Source: Cetorhinus maximus (Eukaryota). From it: a DNA stretch of 64,000 nt. Location of the stretch: assembly GCF_964194155.1 (NCBI RefSeq), contig NC_135885.1:60884001-60948000 (forward strand), given 5' to 3'. Within the stretch, counting starts at the first letter, position 1, and every line of letters starts with the position of its first letter. Of the stretch, positions 61,575 through 64,000 are shown piece after piece. A program made the position numbers and the translations under genes. The notes beneath the pieces are model-generated. The model was not told the DNA's origin, searched no databases, and saw only the letters and a program-made list of their open reading frames with translations.

Positions 61575-61894
61575 TCACAGGATTCCGCGTCCTCCGATGG
61601 CAGCCTTCCATGGGCTGCCGAGGCCACATTTGAATCGGCCACTGGGTCGCCAATGGACCCGACGGACATTAAGCCCCCGCCCGCCCTTTCGCACTCATTC
61701 ACAGGCTGCGTCTCACACTGGATGGGCCTTAATTGGCCCGCCCGCGTACAATTGCGGTGCGCTGCTGATCCCGCCGATCCTGCACACCAAGAGCAAAATT
61801 CTGCTCATAGTGAAGATACACTGCATAAGAAGAAAGATTCTGTAAAACCCTGGTGTACTGGCTGGTTTCTGAAACACAAAACACAAAAAACAAT

Positions 61895-62083
61895 GGGAGA
61901 AAAATTTACTTTAAGTCCCTGGGGGCAGACAGTGCCCCTGGCTGTAATTTGCATTGCCCATGTGGGTTTCTTCAATTATTTTAACGTGGAAACCTGCACA
62001 AATTGTGCAGGTAAAAGCCTGCGGCACTGTCAACCCCTGGGAAATCAATCTATGCCTGCATAGCACCACAAATTTTCTCCCCC
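61895..62083. mobile_element. Small MITE
   Basis: TIRs gggagaaaaattt / aaattttctccc; internal palindrome gtgggtttc ... gaaacctgc. Confidence 0.6.
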
Positions 62084-62184
62084 AGTGATTCTGGTTCCAT
62101 CGGAACCAGCAGTTAGGGTGGGTTTACTGAATGTGTATATATTTTAGGATATCTCCACTGATTGCCCAGAGTGCATTATATAGC

Positions 62185-62500
62185 GTCACCAACAAGTTGC
62201 ACTAATAAAGCGCCTTTAATGCAGTAAAGCTTCCCATTTCACAGGCGCATTATTAAACAAGATTTGACACTGACACATGTATGGTGGATGTATTGGGTAA
62301 GAGACCTAAAGCTTGGTTAAAGAGGTAGATTTTAAGGACCATCTTAAAGGAGGAGATTGGAAGGTGCAACAGCTAAGTGAAGGAAGTTCAGAGCCCAGTC
62401 ACCGATGTAGTATCAATTAAAGCTAGGATGCACAAAAAGCCTAAACTGGAGGAGTACAGAGATGTTGGATGGTTGTAGGGCTGGAGGAGGTTACAGACAT
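62185..62500 (-). repeat. L2 3' fragment
   Basis: Reverse complement resembles 54680-55020. Confidence 0.7.
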
Positions 62501-63624
62501 ATACATTATTTCATAATACATGCTGGATTTCAAATCATGTAATTATAATTTGCCTTGAAGTTGCAAAGAAGACAGAAAGCAAGACATGAATGTGTTGGTT
62601 TTATAACCTTTTCAATTTTAACAGAAATATAATTCAGTCTCGCTTTGTTACAGCATGATGGGAATCCTATAGCTCCACAATACATAGCTCCTTTTAGTCA
62701 CCCTGGTGCTGAAAGAGAGCTTACTGTACTTCTAGTGAAGTTTCATTTGTGATAGAAGGAGTCTCTGTAGAGTGCAGAGTCTACAAGATTTGGCAGTGGA
62801 AGTTAGATCTATAAATCAGTATGATGTGTAACACTTCAAAATAAGTGATGAGAAATGAGTATTGCACCAAGGCAACAGAAGACAACAGCACCCAAATAAA
62901 GTAATCTTTATTAACAGGCATAATACAAATTAACTCTAGAGAAACGCTACAAAACGTAACAAAGAAACACTAGAGAAATGTTATTTAGTTTGTGATTTGA
63001 GTTCGAGTGAGGGAAGTGCAAGTATGGCAGAAATTAAACTCAAAACCATGGTTGGGTCACATGACATATGCAAGAATTGAATATTGTTAAGTACAAGAAT
63101 TCTTGCTCCAAATAGTGTTAGAGCTTGAGCCATGTCACTTATAGCCTGCTCTCTAATAGTGGCATTGCTTGTTTATTCAGCAGGAATGGTTAAGCATGGA
63201 AGAAAAGATTAAAGTTTCATCACTTGCTGTTAGACAAGGTACAGATTACAGAGTTGATTCAATGTAAGAGGATCAGCATCTTACCACTGAGGCATTTTTG
63301 GGAGGTACAAGTGATTACTGTTGGGAAAATTTGCCAGTTTTGGATTAGGTAACATACGAATTTGATAAACTTTGTCAAGGGACAGGCAGAGCTTCATTTG
63401 AGTTGGTCTTGGGTCCTGTCCTCATCATCTAGCCATTACGGCCAATGAAGAAGTTTTTGAATCATTGTCAAAATTTATTTTGGAGTGACAGGAATAGCCA
63501 ACATTCAGTGAATTTGATATATATATTTCCTTGCCTTGAATGAATTGCTGACATGTCAATGTTTGGAATTGTTTAGGAAAGAATTTCAGAACTGGAGTTA
63601 AGACCTCCAATTGTGCAATGCAGG

Positions 63625-64000
63625 AAATTGGGGATACGTAAGAGTTTTCAGAGGGCTGGAGGAAGTTACAGAGATAGTGAGAAGTGAGGGATGGAGGGAT
63701 TTGAATACAAAGATGAGCATTTTAAAATTGAGGTGTCAGTGCACTGGGAATCAATACAAGTCAGTGAGCACAGGGTTGATGGGTGAATGGGACATTCCAC
63801 AAGTTAGAGTACAGGCAGTAAAGTTTTAAATAAGGTAAAGTTTATGGAGGTTGGAAGACAGGAGGCCAGCCTCAACAGCATTGGGATAGTGGAGTCTGGA
63901 GGTAACAATCACATGGATGAGAATTTGAGCAGAAGATGAACTGAGACAGTAGTGAAGACAGGTGATGTTTGGAGATTAAAGCAGAATATGGGACCTGAAG
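63625..64000 (-). repeat. L2 fragment (runs off the window)
   Basis: MSILKLRCQCTGNQYKSVSTGLMG matches the antisense ORF 54435-54650 of the L2 copy. Confidence 0.8.

Larger units (their letters stand above)
58012..61806. mobile_element. PIF/Harbinger transposon with convergent transposase and Myb/SANT genes
   Basis: TIRs gggcaggatttt / aaaattctgctc, TSD ata on both sides. Confidence 0.93.

Overview
Vertebrate genomic DNA, most likely a cartilaginous fish (shark or ray). This is inferred from the repeat repertoire (HER1-like CR1, DeuSINE-type SINE, Poseidon-type Penelope) and the GPCR sequence. The only clear host gene is the coding exon of the orphan class A GPCR GPR45 (38818-39927, minus strand). 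Most of the rest is nested transposons: CR1, L2, RTE and a second CR1/Jockey-group LINE; tRNA-derived SINEs; a Gmr1-like SCAN-Gag LTR element with a Mag-type Gypsy inside its 5' LTR; several PIF/Harbinger elements and MITEs; and Penelope elements carrying minimal hammerhead ribozymes (HHR). Four things deserve a second look. (i) Three TSD-flanked fold-back Penelope/HHR insertions (0.2, 0.2 and 3.2 kb) share one architecture, and two of them carry a variant CUGUUGA ribozyme core. (ii) A Harbinger has its transposase position occupied by an unidentified, tandemly duplicated coding-like module. (iii) Another Harbinger has a fully open three-exon Myb/SANT gene. (iv) Two decayed coding-like islands show only motif-level resemblance to a tyrosine recombinase and a Ulp1 protease. 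All calls are by eye and from recalled family motifs. No searches were run, and the boundaries of old repeats are approximate.
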